A DNA stretch of 64,000 nucleotides from Glycera tridactyla (lineage: Eukaryota), in NCBI GenBank assembly GCA_965644265.1, contig OZ286471.1:46934001-46998000 (forward strand), in the 5' to 3' direction. Shown here piece after piece: positions 39,666 to 54,600 of the stretch. The notes beneath the pieces were generated by a model, which saw nothing but the letters and a program-made list of their open reading frames with translations, had not been told where the DNA came from and searched no databases. Both the position numbers and the translations under genes were made by a program. Position 1 is the first letter of the stretch; every line of letters begins with the position of its first letter.

Positions 39666-42600
39666 GAAATCACCATGCATCCTTTTCATTCCTGTACTGC
39701 ATGAGTAGAAAACGTGTGTGCATGATCACAGTGTGGTAAATTAGAATGTGCTTATTACCCCTCTACACTGTGCCAGATACTCATCATTCTTGTCGACGAC
39801 CTATCCTGCTGCTGGTGATAAACTGTACATTGACTAAATGTCTCCATGATAATTAATTCTTATCCCAAGACTCCCACTGGTACATATTCACAATCGCCAC
39901 CAATCAAAATAATACCGTACAACATTCGAGAATGGTGCATTTGTTCATACCAAGCAGTGTGAGATGGCCGTTTTGGCAGAATATACAATAGAACGTTCTA
40001 AGAGAATGACTGCCATGACTGACCTGGCTAAGTAACCTCCACAGGACATATCCTGTTGATGAACATGAGATTTGGCAAGTTTGTCTAAATAATAATTACG
40101 CAAGTTATTATATGTACACTGGTTGTTGACCCGTGCATCGAGTACCCTAATTGCCAGAGTGAATGATGAAGATGCACGAGACCAACAAAAAGGCAGGTAG
40201 GTATCATCTTGGTGTTTTACTCAGTGTTCAGTTCTTAGTTACCACCACTCAGCTGATTGACGTTCAAATATGAATGGGGGAGGGGGGGGGGGGGTAGTCA
40301 AAAGTTATCTTGCATACAACCTAATTCTTGGTATGGCACCGAGAGTCCAAATACTTGTGTTATTGAGTATTATTTGAGTGGGAATATGTTAAACCTGAGC
40401 AGTTTCGGCTGATGGTTGGTAATATCATGAATAATCCGTCTTACTGTCTATTGACACAGTCCTATTCACGAATAAGACAAACTGCGGGGCCGTGTAAATG
40501 GTTCCTAATCCATGTATTTTCATGGCTGAATTTCATGGATCATTCAATTTTGAAACTCAACTTGATTTCTTTGTTCTGTCTGGATATCGGAATTTATTCT
40601 TCACACTTGTCGAGATTCACTTGTCGAGATTCAGACTTGTTGCATGAATTACCAGGTTATCATAGCCTTTTCAACCTGTTGTAAACATATTATGACTGTA
40701 ATGATTTCGGAGAAATCATATCTCAACGAGATGAGAAGAGAAATGCCCCTTCGGCGCTTCGTTAGGCGACCTACTTCTTACACTCTCTCTCACAAATACT
40801 TTATGACAAAAGCATTAGAATATTTCGAGAGGTAATGATGATGCCACAGGAAAATGCTATTGAACACACTGAATATGCCGAATAACAGAATTTGGTATGG
40901 CTTTGCTTGCCATAATGTACGGAAGAATTCTTTCTTGTATATCTGATCTTCATGATATTGTGTTGTCACCTGATCCCGAAATTCTGTGCAGTAGTGATCC
41001 GACCAATAACCATTATGTGTGGTGTATTATGATGAATCTTCACCACCGATTGTTTCATTCGGATCCGTGGATGGCTTATCAGTTTTTCTAGATTACAAGT
41101 CCGAAATGTACGTCTGCATATCGTTCATATCCATCAAGAGAGGAGCATTACAACAAGACTAGAATTCACAGATATTCATAGATAAGTACTCTACATCGAT
41201 TCATGGAGAATTCCGAAAGATTGAGTGTTATCATACTTGAAATACCCCCAGAGATTACCCTGTAACACCTCTGAAGGAGTCTTCATACAATTGGGAAAAT
41301 GCTAGTGATCACCTATGCTGCATTCACCCTCATGTGAACACGCCCAGGCTAGTTGTAGTCATGTATATGCATGTAATGTTATGAAAGGCACTCGCACACA
41401 ACTATCATTGACAATTATAACGCCAAATATCTAGTTGACACCCTGTTCATTTCAGGTCCCATATGTCAGATGACATCTGTGCCAACTGCTGCACTCACCA
41501 GCACGGTGATACCAAGTGATTGTTACATACCGACAACTGGTGGCAATGGCAATGGATTGAAATGTTACATTCCCTTCGTGTATGAGGCAGTTATCTACAC
41601 AGCCTGCACAACAGTCAGGAATAATGGTGTTCCGTGGTGTTCAATCACTTCGAATTATGATGAGGACAAACTGTGGGGGAACTGTTTAGGTATGATTCTG
41701 TTCATATCTATACTTGGTACATGGATTTTGTCAGGCAACTCACTCCATAAATGACCCTTTCCTTGCAAGAGCAGTTACAGATTGAATGAATGGTGCATTT
41801 TGTTCAGAAATGATTTTAAAATGGGCCAATTCAAAACTTTTCACTTCAACCCGGAAATTAGCATCGTGATGAGTGGTGCACTCCATGATAAAATATATCT
41901 ATTATGCGAATAAATGGCCCACTGGTTTATGTACTCATTCCATGCATTACATTACTAACACCACCACCATCGTCATCATTGTCATCATTCCTGTTATCAG
42001 ACGAGCGATGTGGAACATCATCTGCACCCACGAGTGTGACTCCAAAAGATGGGTCAACATCAACTGAGAGATATAGTACCCTGTCAGGTAACTTCAATTT
42101 TCATGGTTGAGCAGATTATTCCTAATTATATAAGCGATGTGAAGATACTGGTTCGTCCACAAAAATGAAATATCATATCAATGTCATGAGTCTAATGGGG
42201 ACAATTGCTGTCAGGTCTGATATTGCTCGACATTACTTCACCTGATTTGCGTAGAAGATCTGGAGTACCCGGTTGTTTCTCAAGGGCAATCGCCGATTGG
42301 TACGATGCTTAACAATATATTTTTATCTCAGGGTGATCGGTTATTCTGTCCTCTACATCGATCACTCAAACGAAGGCAGAACAAAAGATGATGGGGAAAG
42401 AGAAATGTATGATACGATGATAGATAGGTTTGTTGTTCAGATGGAGATTGTCAGGGATATTCCTTGATGTTATTCGGCAGATGGCTGTTACATTCCCACG
42501 ATTGGTGGAACTGCAGCTGGGGCACCATGCGAATTCCCCTTCTACTACATGGGTGATAAATACTGGACATGTATTCTTGGCGGAAGTCAAGCTCGACTAT

Positions 42601-45600
42601 GGTGTTCAACTACAACATTCTACGATGTTGATGGACAATGGGGCAACTGTCTAGGTATGCAGGCTTACTTCAAACTCACTCCGATTTAAGAATATTATGA
42701 ATGCTGTCGTATCCTTAACATAGAAATCTCTGTGTGAGTTGATCGGGTGCAATCATGATCCAATACCTTTACATCTGAATGACATGCCAGACAAAGATTT
42801 TATATTGGACCCCCACATAGTCCATGAATCTTCCTCTCACAGGCAGTATTCTGTCTTAAAGAGGTGGAGACAGACCCGATACATTGATTTTCTCTGTCCA
42901 TGGCAATAAATGTCGAAACAATCAAGCGATCTTCACGGGTAATTTTCAGTGATCCTAGGCAGGAATAACCTCAGAGAATCCCGTATCATGCGCTTTTTTG
43001 TCTCTCCTTGGACAGGTCTTGTGTGTGGAGAAACAACAGTTATTAAATCGACACAAAAAACGACCACTATCTCATCATCACCACCGTCTTCTCAAACAGT
43101 ACTTCCTACACAACCTCCCGTGACACTCCCAGGTAACCCTGAATCCAAATGTGCAAATAGAATCTGATTAAGTAAGGCAATGTGATGCGAGGAAAGGTGG
43201 ACCAATAATGTGAGGTCAAGCGTCGGCTCTCTATTTCATCACTGGATGTGATTTGGTGGAAATGCACTGTCAGGCTATGCGTCATTTTATGCCAGTCGAC
43301 CAGCGCAGTATGCCCAAACAAAGCACATGGCAAAAAGCCATTATCTCTTAGCAATCTGGTGTTTGATTTGATTTGATGAACTTTATTCAAACTCGTAAAA
43401 CAGAAGTACCACATGAAGTGGCTATTTCACAGAACACAAGTGTTCAGGTGAAGATAGTTAGAGATATGTTCTTTTTTCCAGATGGGTGCTACATCCCCAC
43501 ATATGATGGAAATGCAGATGGGGCTGCATGTGAATTTCCCTTCTACTACGAGGGTGACAAATACTGGCAATGCACTCCTATCAAGAATGGAAATATACCA
43601 TGGTGCTCAACAACAACATTCTATGGTGTTGATAGAAAATGGGGCAATTGTTTAGGTATGAAATATTACGTTTTTGGGGGTTGTGAAATATGACTATATT
43701 CATTGAAATGCTACGTAAGGCAAAGTAACCATGTTGCTGGTTTAGTAATGTTGTCTTGCTTCATATATNNNNNNNNNNNNNNNNNNNNNNNNNNNNNNNN
43801 NNNNNNNNNNNNNNNNNNNNNNNNNNNNNNNNNNNNNNNNNNNNNNNNNNNNNNNNNNNNNNNNNNNNNNNNNNNNNNNNNNNNNNNNNNNNNNNNNNNN
43901 NNNCTCTTTCTATCTCTCTCCCCCGTCTCTTATCTTCAACTACTTTCATGGTCAGAAAACACACATTAAATTGAAGCTTACAATGGCGGGATTTCGACGA
44001 CATTCCCAGTGATGCCCTGTATTTGTGATATATATTTATTGAACGTTTAAATCCAATGTAGCATCGAATCCAAGTTAAAATTCTTGGTACCATCTGTCTC
44101 ATCTTTGCCTGCACAGATCTCGTCTGTGATGGTTCAACAATTATACCATCAACATCAACAGTCATTCCATCATCATCACAGTCTGTACGGACTGAATTTC
44201 CAACACAACCTCCAGCAACACTTCCAGGTAATCTTTCGATGATTCATGCAAAACGAATATGAAGATAAAATTGAGACGATCACACTTCACGCGATAATTG
44301 TTCGTAGTCATGGTGACATAAGTGACCAAATAGCTCTACTGTTGGAAATCAAGCAACTCTACATTGTTTTATTACAGCTTACAATAATTGGTGTTCCAAT
44401 GAACCATGGTATATTTCTAGTGTTTTCTCTTGATCAACCAGACACTACTGTGAAGTACCGATGAATGTCTTGAGCGACGACGCATGAGTAGATGAGACCC
44501 ATTTGTTCATATCAACTTCCCTGCCTGTTTTCCTCGTCCATTGCATCTGGGAACAACTGTCACGAAATTATCACCCTGAATATCAAGTTTTCCACAATTC
44601 CTACAACAAAAGAAAGTACATCTGGTCATATCGAGAATTCCAGTTTAGATCTACCATGGAACATACTGATACCGACTACAGAGTTAGAGTAGGCCTATGG
44701 CTTAAAAGTATCCTTATAATTATATGCTGTATTTTGTGTATACAATTGTACTGTTTACGCCTGGCATGACAGTCGAAAAGTACTACAATCCACCTGGTTA
44801 GGTAATCGGGTGATGAGATACATGGGTGTCTTCATATGACAATAAGCTTGAACCTTGACCCAACCAATGGATCATTCTGAGCAGCACAATTCCCTGTTTC
44901 AGATGGATGTTTCATCCCCACAACTGGGGGAACTGCAAATGGTGCTGTGTGTGTTTTCCCATTTATTTACCGTGGCATTGAATATCGGGAATGTACTACC
45001 GAGCGAAACGAGGGTATACCTTGGTGTTCAACGACTGCATTATATGACAAACAGTGGGGAAACTGTTTAGGTATGAATAGGAATTACACACAACTCAGTC
45101 TAGACATTCAGTGGGCATTATGCATGTTGCCTCAATATGATATCCAGAAAGAAACGCTCTTTTATACATCTTTATTTGCATCTATGGACAAGCTCCTCTT
45201 TGGCATATATGATCTGAAAAAATACTTATTTTCTGAAGGTATCAAAGTTCATCGAGTCACACCTTGATCAGTGGTGATATGTATAAATAATCATACTCGG
45301 AATAATTTGTGCATTCGCCAATTGCATTAGCTTTATACTATCTGGATATATTGCATCATCTGGTGAATGATACACTGGACCCATATTTCAGATGTTGTTT
45401 GTGGAGAATCAACAGTTGTTCGATCCACACTGGTCACGGACGTTACCTCCCAATCTACGGCGCTCCCATCAACAGTTGTTCGATCCACACTGGTCACGGA
45501 CGTTACCTCCCAATCTACGGCGCTCCCATCCCAGTCCCCAGTCACCCTTCCCGGTAATCATATTCTCCTGCATCTGATCCAGGAACTTGAAATATCGTGG

Positions 45601-48600
45601 GCAGGGAACATTTGAAATGCTGCAACGAATTCTTTCAATTTTCTCTCCACATCGATGATATATAAGTAGGCAGGTTACGAGCAAGCGATTTGAGTGTTTC
45701 GACCCGATCAGTTTAGGTAGATGAGAGAGGTGCTGGTGAACATTGCCAGGAAAGGACTCCAAAATCGAATGTTCTTCAAAATACTATAGCAAGACTATGT
45801 GGCCGTGAAGTGAAAACGCAATACCAAACAAGGTGTGAATTTCACCGGATGCCTGATGAAATTCAAACCGAGTTTTGTATTGCATTTTTACCTCATGGTC
45901 ATACTGCCTTGCTTTTATCACATGGATTCGGGGGGAGAAATCGTCGAAAAGTTGTTCTCACCCAGCTGTTAAGTATCACATGCAATACTCAACATCTGAT
46001 ATTTGTGATAACAGCCTACACATGCATGTAATAACAGCCTATACATCCTCTGGGTTGAATGGTATTGGTTGAACCGTGACCCCTTTTTTGCAGAGGGTTG
46101 TGTCATCCCCACATCTGGTGGAACAGCTGATGGGGCAGCTTGTGTGTTTCCTTTCTACTATGATGGCAAAAAATACTGGGAGTGTACTCCAGTGAAGAAC
46201 GACAATGTGCCCTGGTGTTCAACAACAACATTTTACAATATCGACAAACGATGGGGGAATTGTTTGGGTATGAGATATTTTAGTACATTTCTTAAGCCAG
46301 ACGCTTCGTAAATATTGCAATTAATTATTCTATGAAATAGATGGTCAATCGCACATGGGATATCAATATGTATGTTTACATGTATGTATTAATGTATGTG
46401 TGCGTGTATATGCGTGCGTGCATGCATGCATACATACATGAATGTCTACATGAATTTGTGTAATAATATAGACAATGGATAGCATTTCTCTTGAATAGAT
46501 AGTTTAGAAAAACGAGCTATCATCATTCAGGAAACATCTATCACATGAAAGTGTCATCTTGATACCTCAGAACCAGCTTCATGAGAAAATATTCAAGGAA
46601 AACAGATGTAATATTCACTGATGAATGTTCTCAGTCATCAAGTCGTATTTCAATATGAAAAAATGAATCAGGAAACTGGACTCACGTTACAGCTCGAAGA
46701 GTTTACAGTCTGTAGAAAGCTAGAGGTTCAAGCCGCAATCGCATTCGTTGTGAGTCCAGTTTCTTGATTCATTTCTTCTTTGTAATATGCTTCACGTACT
46801 TCGAGATGTAAAATAGGTAAAGTAGCATGTGGAATAAACTCGTCGGAAAGACCTGGGAAATATATTTATCAGTTCATCCTGATTATTGCCGAGGAGTGGA
46901 ACATCTCAGTTCAGTGGGTCCCGACACGAATGACATAAGCCTCATTTTCCTGCAGATCTGGTATGTGGGGAAGATACTACGGCCCCCTCCACTCCATCCA
47001 CCGTGCCTTCAACTCAGACCAGCAGTGGTCCAGCTGGCACCGAGACATTCCTGCCACCGAATTGCATTATTCCAACATCAGGAGGAACAGGGATGGGTCA
47101 AAACTGCGTTTTTCCTTTCATCTACCGAAATCGTGAATTCACTGCATGCACCACGATCAGACATGATAGGGCGTGGTGTGCTGTCACATGGGACTATGAC
47201 CAAGATGAACTCTGGGGAAATTGTTTAGGTATGACTAATATATCTGGTGACATATTTGTGCGACGGTGTGCGAGGGTGACTATGTGTATGCAGGTGTTAA
47301 GGAGACTGACAAAATTTGTCGCTCTCTCTGATCAGAATAGTAGTATATTGGAGAAGAATGTTTTGGTACTCAGAGTAAACTCAACTATAGAGAGCTTTCA
47401 GGGCACATCAATACTGTTTCGTCAGCTTCGTAGCGATTGTGGCATTGCTGTTGTCTGATCACGTGACCTTATGTCATTGGTTGGTTGGTTCTGGTTTAAC
47501 GTCATGTCAGCCCCATCTGGGCTATATTATGACGCCCTTTCAATGGGCATGGGAGAGATCTGGGTCCCAAACGGAAGGTGGACATTTATGAAATTCACAG
47601 ACACTCAAGGTGCCATTTTTGTCAATGCGTGCACCAAAGGCGAAATGCAGTATATGGGACAATCACCATCTGACCGAATTTGTCTAAGGTTTGGAAAATT
47701 TGACTCAGTCTTATTCATGTAAGGTCAGTTGTAAACCATCCATATGAATTGCTACATATATCCTATCATACTGGCTAAGTCTAAACTTTCTTGCCCATCA
47801 TACAGATCTGGTGTGTGATACTTCCACAACCTCGGCAGGTACAATGATCCCAACAGCGACGGCAAAATCCGTGTCCTCGACAAACCTGCCAGGTAAGGAG
47901 TGGTTGTTCGTGACGTTTACATGAGATGACGATACATTTCAGCAATACTTGATACTCACAGATCAAACAATGAATAACTTCTATTTGTCATAATTGCAGT
48001 ATGACGAGTTACATTGATTTCTTTCCCATGTTAGCTGCATACCGTATGTTGTGGGCTATAATGTGAAACACTGGTAAGGGAAGATCATGAAATCCAATAG
48101 AACAATAACGATGATTCTGAATGCATCAGCGGTTGGTTGGTTCTGGTTTAAAGTCACGTCAGCACCATCTGGGCTATAAGGTGATGCCCGTGCAATGGAC
48201 ATGGGAGGGATCTTCCGACCCCTCCCTCTGGGTCCCCAACGGAAGGTGAGATGATATGAAAATCACACAAGGTGCCATTTCATCAGCGGCAAATATAGTG
48301 ACCGGATTCATGTGAAATGTTGAATCATGCATTCGCAAACCCTTTCTCACGTATACTTTCCAGATGGTTGCTTCATCACAACAGCAGGGGGAACAGCTGG
48401 TGGTGCCTTCTGTACCTTGCCTTTCTTCTATAATGGTGTGAGCTACAGCCAGTGTATAACATTCATTCGTGGGAGGCCATGGTGTGCTACGACAGTTTTC
48501 TTTGAGTTTGATCAGCTCTGGGGCTACTGTGAAGGTATGAAATCTTGGGAGTGTTCATCTCACTATATTCTGTCCAATATTGCTCATGTAATATGGCATG

Positions 48601-51600
48601 TGCATATTTCATGCAACAAATATCTCAATTAAATGATTTCTTCCTGGCAAATGGAAAACATGAGGGTCTCCAGGACATGACAGATTGATCAGCTTGGCGA
48701 TTAGGTCATACGTCATGGCCACCACATTGTCACATTATTGACATAATGTGTGTCAGACTGATTGCATATCTGTGAATATTTATCACAACAATGAATAAAA
48801 TTGTGTATGTGGGTCATGGACACATATATGTGGCTTTTCAAAGAATTTCCAAATGGAAAGGTATCTGTGACAAAATGAGCCAGACATAAGTCTCACAAAT
48901 CCAAATGGGACAGTTAAGTCTCAGACGCTCAAGTCATCATTCCTTAAAAGATTCGAGATTCAGTAGCATGAATGAATTGTATATGTCTTCATGCGATCAT
49001 CGAACCTGATTCCAGATAGTCTGTGTGCTTTTGAAAAGGATATGCTCTCTGTTTAGTGCATCTATACAACAACACTGCCAGCGTGATATTGTCTGACATT
49101 TTGTGTTCAAAGTCATGGAGATACAGCCACCATACACACCATGAATCTAGTGAGAGATTGACATATTTGTTGCGCTGTGGTCGTATATACAATTGAACTT
49201 CATTGTGGCCGCCGTTCAAGTCACCAGCGATGTCAATCCCATGCAAATTCACAGTACTAAAGTGGGAATATACCCGTACTGTCAGGACTTCAGCGGATGT
49301 CGAGAACGTTGCTGATCAATACAATGAGCTACAGATGAACATATAATTGTCTAAAATATTATGTAGAACACCAGTCTTCCGGATTCAAACTAAAATCATG
49401 CAATTTTAGTCAGATGCCAATGTATGCTTCCTCATTATCATTATTCACTGATCAAGAAGGAATATTTTCCAAGGCTGCAAATGTCATATTTTATTCAGAT
49501 CGTGTTTGCCCCTCGTCTACATCTGCTGCACCATCTCCGACTACTCCGTCACCATTCCTGAATGTTCCACCTGGTTGTCAGGTTCGAACAACAGGTGGTA
49601 ATGCTAACGGGGACTATTGCTATTTCCCATTTGTCTACAAATCTGACCGCTATGATTCATGTACCATGAGAAACCATGACCAGTACTGGTGCTCAGTGAC
49701 ACAGTTCTACTCTGTGGGGAGTCGTTGGGGGAATTGTTTAGGTAAGTTGTACGTCGGTATATGGTTAGAGTTATGGTTTCTCCACTCACGATCATACACA
49801 GAATGACATGGTCGTCAGTTGGTTAGGTGGATTGTCCATCATTGGTGGTGCATCTTTTGATGACTATCAACATCCTATGTCGTGCCCGGATTACTTTATT
49901 GTCAACCTCAATGAGATCTTATGAATGACTCTATTTCCACATTGATGATTATAAAGTTGATTCAAAAAAATTTCAGAACATAAAGTCGTCGTAGTTCTGT
50001 CATTTGCAATCGATTGTTTAGCAAAACCATCAAGACAACATCTAGAACATCTCCCTAATGCTCTGCTTCCATGATGTGGATGTTTGATCCGATATATGAT
50101 TCTTTCTGATTTGATATAACCCAATGAAATAGCTCCTAATTTTCCTATCAATTAAATGATGCAGATGTTATTATTGTATGAAAGCAGATATGAATTTGTT
50201 ACGACCATTGGCTTCATAGGGATATTATGTTTGTCTTGAAATAGAAGTGGTATGTGAAAGTGAGACCACAGAAGAAATTGTATCAACCACAACTCAAGCC
50301 AGGCCAACTCCTACAACGACCACTACACGCCAACCATATACACAAGGGAACTGCTACATACGTACGACAGGTGGACGTGCCGGAGATTCACAGTGCTACT
50401 TCCCTTATGTTTACAAGAGTGTTACATACTATGAATGTACAGTGGTGGATAATAATGGCATTCCATGGTGCTACACAACCAGCGATTACAAGAATGATCA
50501 CCTGTGGGGCAATTGTCTAGGTTAGTGGTCTTCACTTGCTTCACCAAAAGGACATACATATAATTTGTATCATACTTGTGTCTCAGAAATATGTTACTGT
50601 CAGCAGCATTTGAAAAGTCTTCATCAGATTGCAAGTACTTTAGTCCCAAAGATGTAACTTTTCTGATATCTATTGCATACGAAATATAAACTACAATATA
50701 GATATTAAGTATGATTTCATGTCAGTTTTTCAGTAATGAATACTTGTTGCATGCATGACTGAATACTAACATGATCATATTTCAAGTATATATGGCATTG
50801 TCAAGTGCATTTCTGCTTGTGAATGTGATCTTAGTCATCCAATTCCTATCTCACTCCATTCCACAGATCAAGTTTGCAGTACCTCGTCATCTTTACCCGA
50901 AGTCACATCTATCCAAGCAACAACCATACCAGGTAGCTCTTTTTAGAACAAGACATGAATAGACAGACAGTCAGGCCAATAAACAGACAGACAGACAGAC
51001 AGACATACATTTGCATGGTTTGAAGGATAATTTGATGGATGAATGAATGGATTGGTGTGAAAAATGAAGCAGGAAGAGATAGGAGGATCGTAGATGAATG
51101 GGTAGATGGAGAGATGTATGATTCCAGGTTAGGAACTTGGGGAGGGGGGGGGGGGGGGTCACTTAGGATGGCGATCACTCTCAACAACACCTGGTACTCC
51201 CAGATCAAGAGTAGGTAGACGTGTGTCTGAACTGTCAGATCACAGATCAAGCGATAAATGACATTTTGCGCAGCCACCCATATTCTAATTGTCTGTCACA
51301 CTCGGAATTGCAGTATGATGAGTTACAGTGATATCTGGCCAATTTTCATTGAATAGTTATGCAAAGAGCTATACTGTAAAAGATTTTAGAGGGGAGATAG
51401 CGAGATCCAATAAGACAACAACAATGATTCACAATGCAACAGCAGAAAATATAGTTACAGGGCTCATGTGAAATGTCCAATCATGCATTCGCAAACCCAT
51501 TCTCACATATACATTCCAGATGGTTGCTTCATCACATCATCAGGCGGAACAGCTGGTGGTGCTTTCTGTACCTTTCCTTTCTTCTATAATGGTGTGAGCT

Positions 51601-54600
51601 ACAGCCAGTGTATAACATTCATTCGTGGGAGGCCATGGTGTGCTACGACAGTTTTCTTTGAGTTTGATCAGCTCTGGGGCTACTGTGAAGGTATGAAATC
51701 TTGGGTATGCTCATCTCACTATATTCTGTCCAATATTGCTCATGTAATATGGCATGTGCATATTTCATGCCATCAAATATCTCAATCAAAGGATTCTTTT
51801 CTTGGAGATGAAATACCTCTGGCAACTGAACACCAATCTTTTTGTTGATGGTCTCTGTGCCTGGACATGACAGATTGATCAGCTTGGCAATCAAGTCACA
51901 TGTCATGGGCACAACATTGTCACGTCATTGACATAATGTGGATCAGACTGAATGTATTTCCGTCAATATTTGTCACAGCGACGAATATAGTTTGGTATGT
52001 AACTCTTGGACACACATATATATGCCTTTTCACAGAATTTGCGAGTTCATCGAAAGAGTTGTGTGTCAATGAATTGAACGAATTGTATAGATTTTTCACG
52101 GTAATCTTCAAACCTGATTTTGAATAGTCTACCTTCTTCCAAAGATGATTTGCTCTTATAGGGGTGCATTTATATGACAAAACTGCCCGATTTGTATCAT
52201 CTGAATTTTCATATTTTAAGTGATGGCCACCATACTCGCCATGAAACCGGTGTGAAATTGACATATTTATTCTGCTGTGTTGAAATATACAATTCAACTT
52301 CATTGTGGCCACAGTTTGAGTCACCAGAGATGTCAATCCCATGCATATTTGTAAGGTTAGAGTGAAAAATGTACTCATAATGTCGGGACTCAGTCAACGT
52401 TGAAGACGTTGCTGATTTATATGATGATCTACAGAAGAACACATAATTGTCTTGATTGTTGTGTACAACTCCAGTCTTCCTGGTTCAACCTATGATCATA
52501 CAATTTCAGCCAGATGCCAGTGTATGCTATTTCATTCGTGATATTCACTGATCAAGTAGCAATGTTTTCCAAGGCTGCCAATGTCATAGTATTTATATTT
52601 CATTCAGATCGTGTTTGCCCCTCGTCTACATCTGCTGCACCATCTCCGACTACTCCGTCACCATTCCTGAATGTCCCACCTGGTTGTCAGGTTCGAACAA
52701 CAGGTGGTAATGCTAATGGGGACTATTGCTACTTCCCTTTTGTCTACAAATCTGACCGCTATGATTCATGTACCATGAGAAACCATGACCAGTACTGGTG
52801 CTCAGTGACACAGTTCTACTCTGTGGGAAGTCGTTGGGGAAATTGCTTAGGTAAGTTGTGCATCAAAATGATCAGAGTGATGGTTTCTCCTCTTACTGAT
52901 CATACGGTTTGTTTGTTTAATTGTTTGTTTGAGTTTAACGTCAGGGGATGGCATGGTTGTCAGTTGGCTGGGTGGGTGGTCTGTTGATGGTTCATATTTC
53001 AATAATTATCAACATCTTATGTCATGCCCAAATCACTTTATTGTCAATCTCACTGAGCGAAACCTCAAACATATTCCTACTGAAGATTGATATTGATAGT
53101 CATCGTAGTTGTTGTTTGCAGTTAGTTGTTTAGCAGAACCACCTCAAAATATCAAGTCAACAGCTAGAATATCTCTCTAATGCACTGCTTCCATGATGTT
53201 GTTCATTGGTTTGATATCTGATACATTTTGCTTTGACATGCCGGATAAAATAGCATTCAATATTTGTATCAATCAAATCATGCAAATTTCATTCTAAAAT
53301 GAAAGTAAATATGAATATAATATTACCACTGGCTACATAAGGATGTCATGCTTGCCTTGATATAGAAGTTGTATGCGAAAGTGAGACCACCAAACAAACT
53401 GTATCAACCACAACCCGAGCCAGGCCAACTCCTACAACGACCACTACACGCCAACCATATACACAAGGGAACTGCTACATACGTACGACAGGTGGACGTG
53501 CCGGGGATTCACAATGCTACTTCCCTTTTGTATACAAGAGTGTTACATACTATGAATGTACAGTGGTGGATAATAATGGCATTCCATGGTGCTACACGAC
53601 CAGCGATTACAAGAATGATCACCTGTGGGGCAATTGTCTAGGTTAGTGGTCTTCACTTCTCTAATCAAAAGGACATACATACGATTTGTATCACACCTGT
53701 CAGCAGCATATCGATATTGCAAAGTCTTCAGTCATAAAGATGTAACATTTCTGATCTCTGTCATATATTATCTATCGACTACCATATTCATCAGATATGA
53801 TTCCATGTCATTTTGCCAGTGGAGAATACGCGTTGCATGTATTACTGAATACTAACTCAAGTTTTGTTTTTGACACTAATTAGTGCTCATATTTCAAGTA
53901 TATATGGCATTACCACATGCATTTCTACTTGTGAATATGATATGTACCAGGGTCATTTCAATTCGATCCCACTCCATTCCACAGATCAAGTTTGCAGTAC
54001 GTCATCATCTGTATCTGAAGTCACATCCATCCACGCTACAAGTATACCAGGTACTCATTATTTTGTCGAAGGCATAGACTCCAAATCGTCTATAGCTTCA
54101 GCACCAGTGCACTGGACAATTTCGCTGTTCCACCATTTTCCAATAATATGCCAACGACTAGTCTGTGAATATAATACCTGCTTCATCTGTTGAGAGAGAC
54201 GAACAGACAGACAGATAGGCAGACAAACAGACAGACAGACAAACAGACAGACAGATATAGACAGGCAGCAGCCAGGCAGATAGACAGAAATATGCATGGT
54301 TGAGAGCATGGATAGTTGAATTTATCGATGAAAAGGAGCATTGGATGAAAGAAAAGAGCAGAACCACCCAATGAACCACAAGAATAGACAGATTGACAAA
54401 CAGAAAAAAACATTTATTGAGATACTTATGTGTCTCAGATATTAACAGGCACACATTGTGGTGTTGCTGACTAATAATCTACACATGAACTTCCATATTG
54501 ATGGAATGTATCCTACAATATGCCGGTTCATGACAACCATCAAACGCGTTTACAGATGGGTGCTATATTCGGACTTTTGGCGGAACATCGAATGGGGGTC

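Larger units (their letters stand above)
47806..54050 (+). repeat. Older ~3.1-kb duplication (cassettes 1 and 2) with alignable introns
   Basis: Exon offsets of 3109-3156 bp; introns similar but with indels. Confidence 0.8.
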
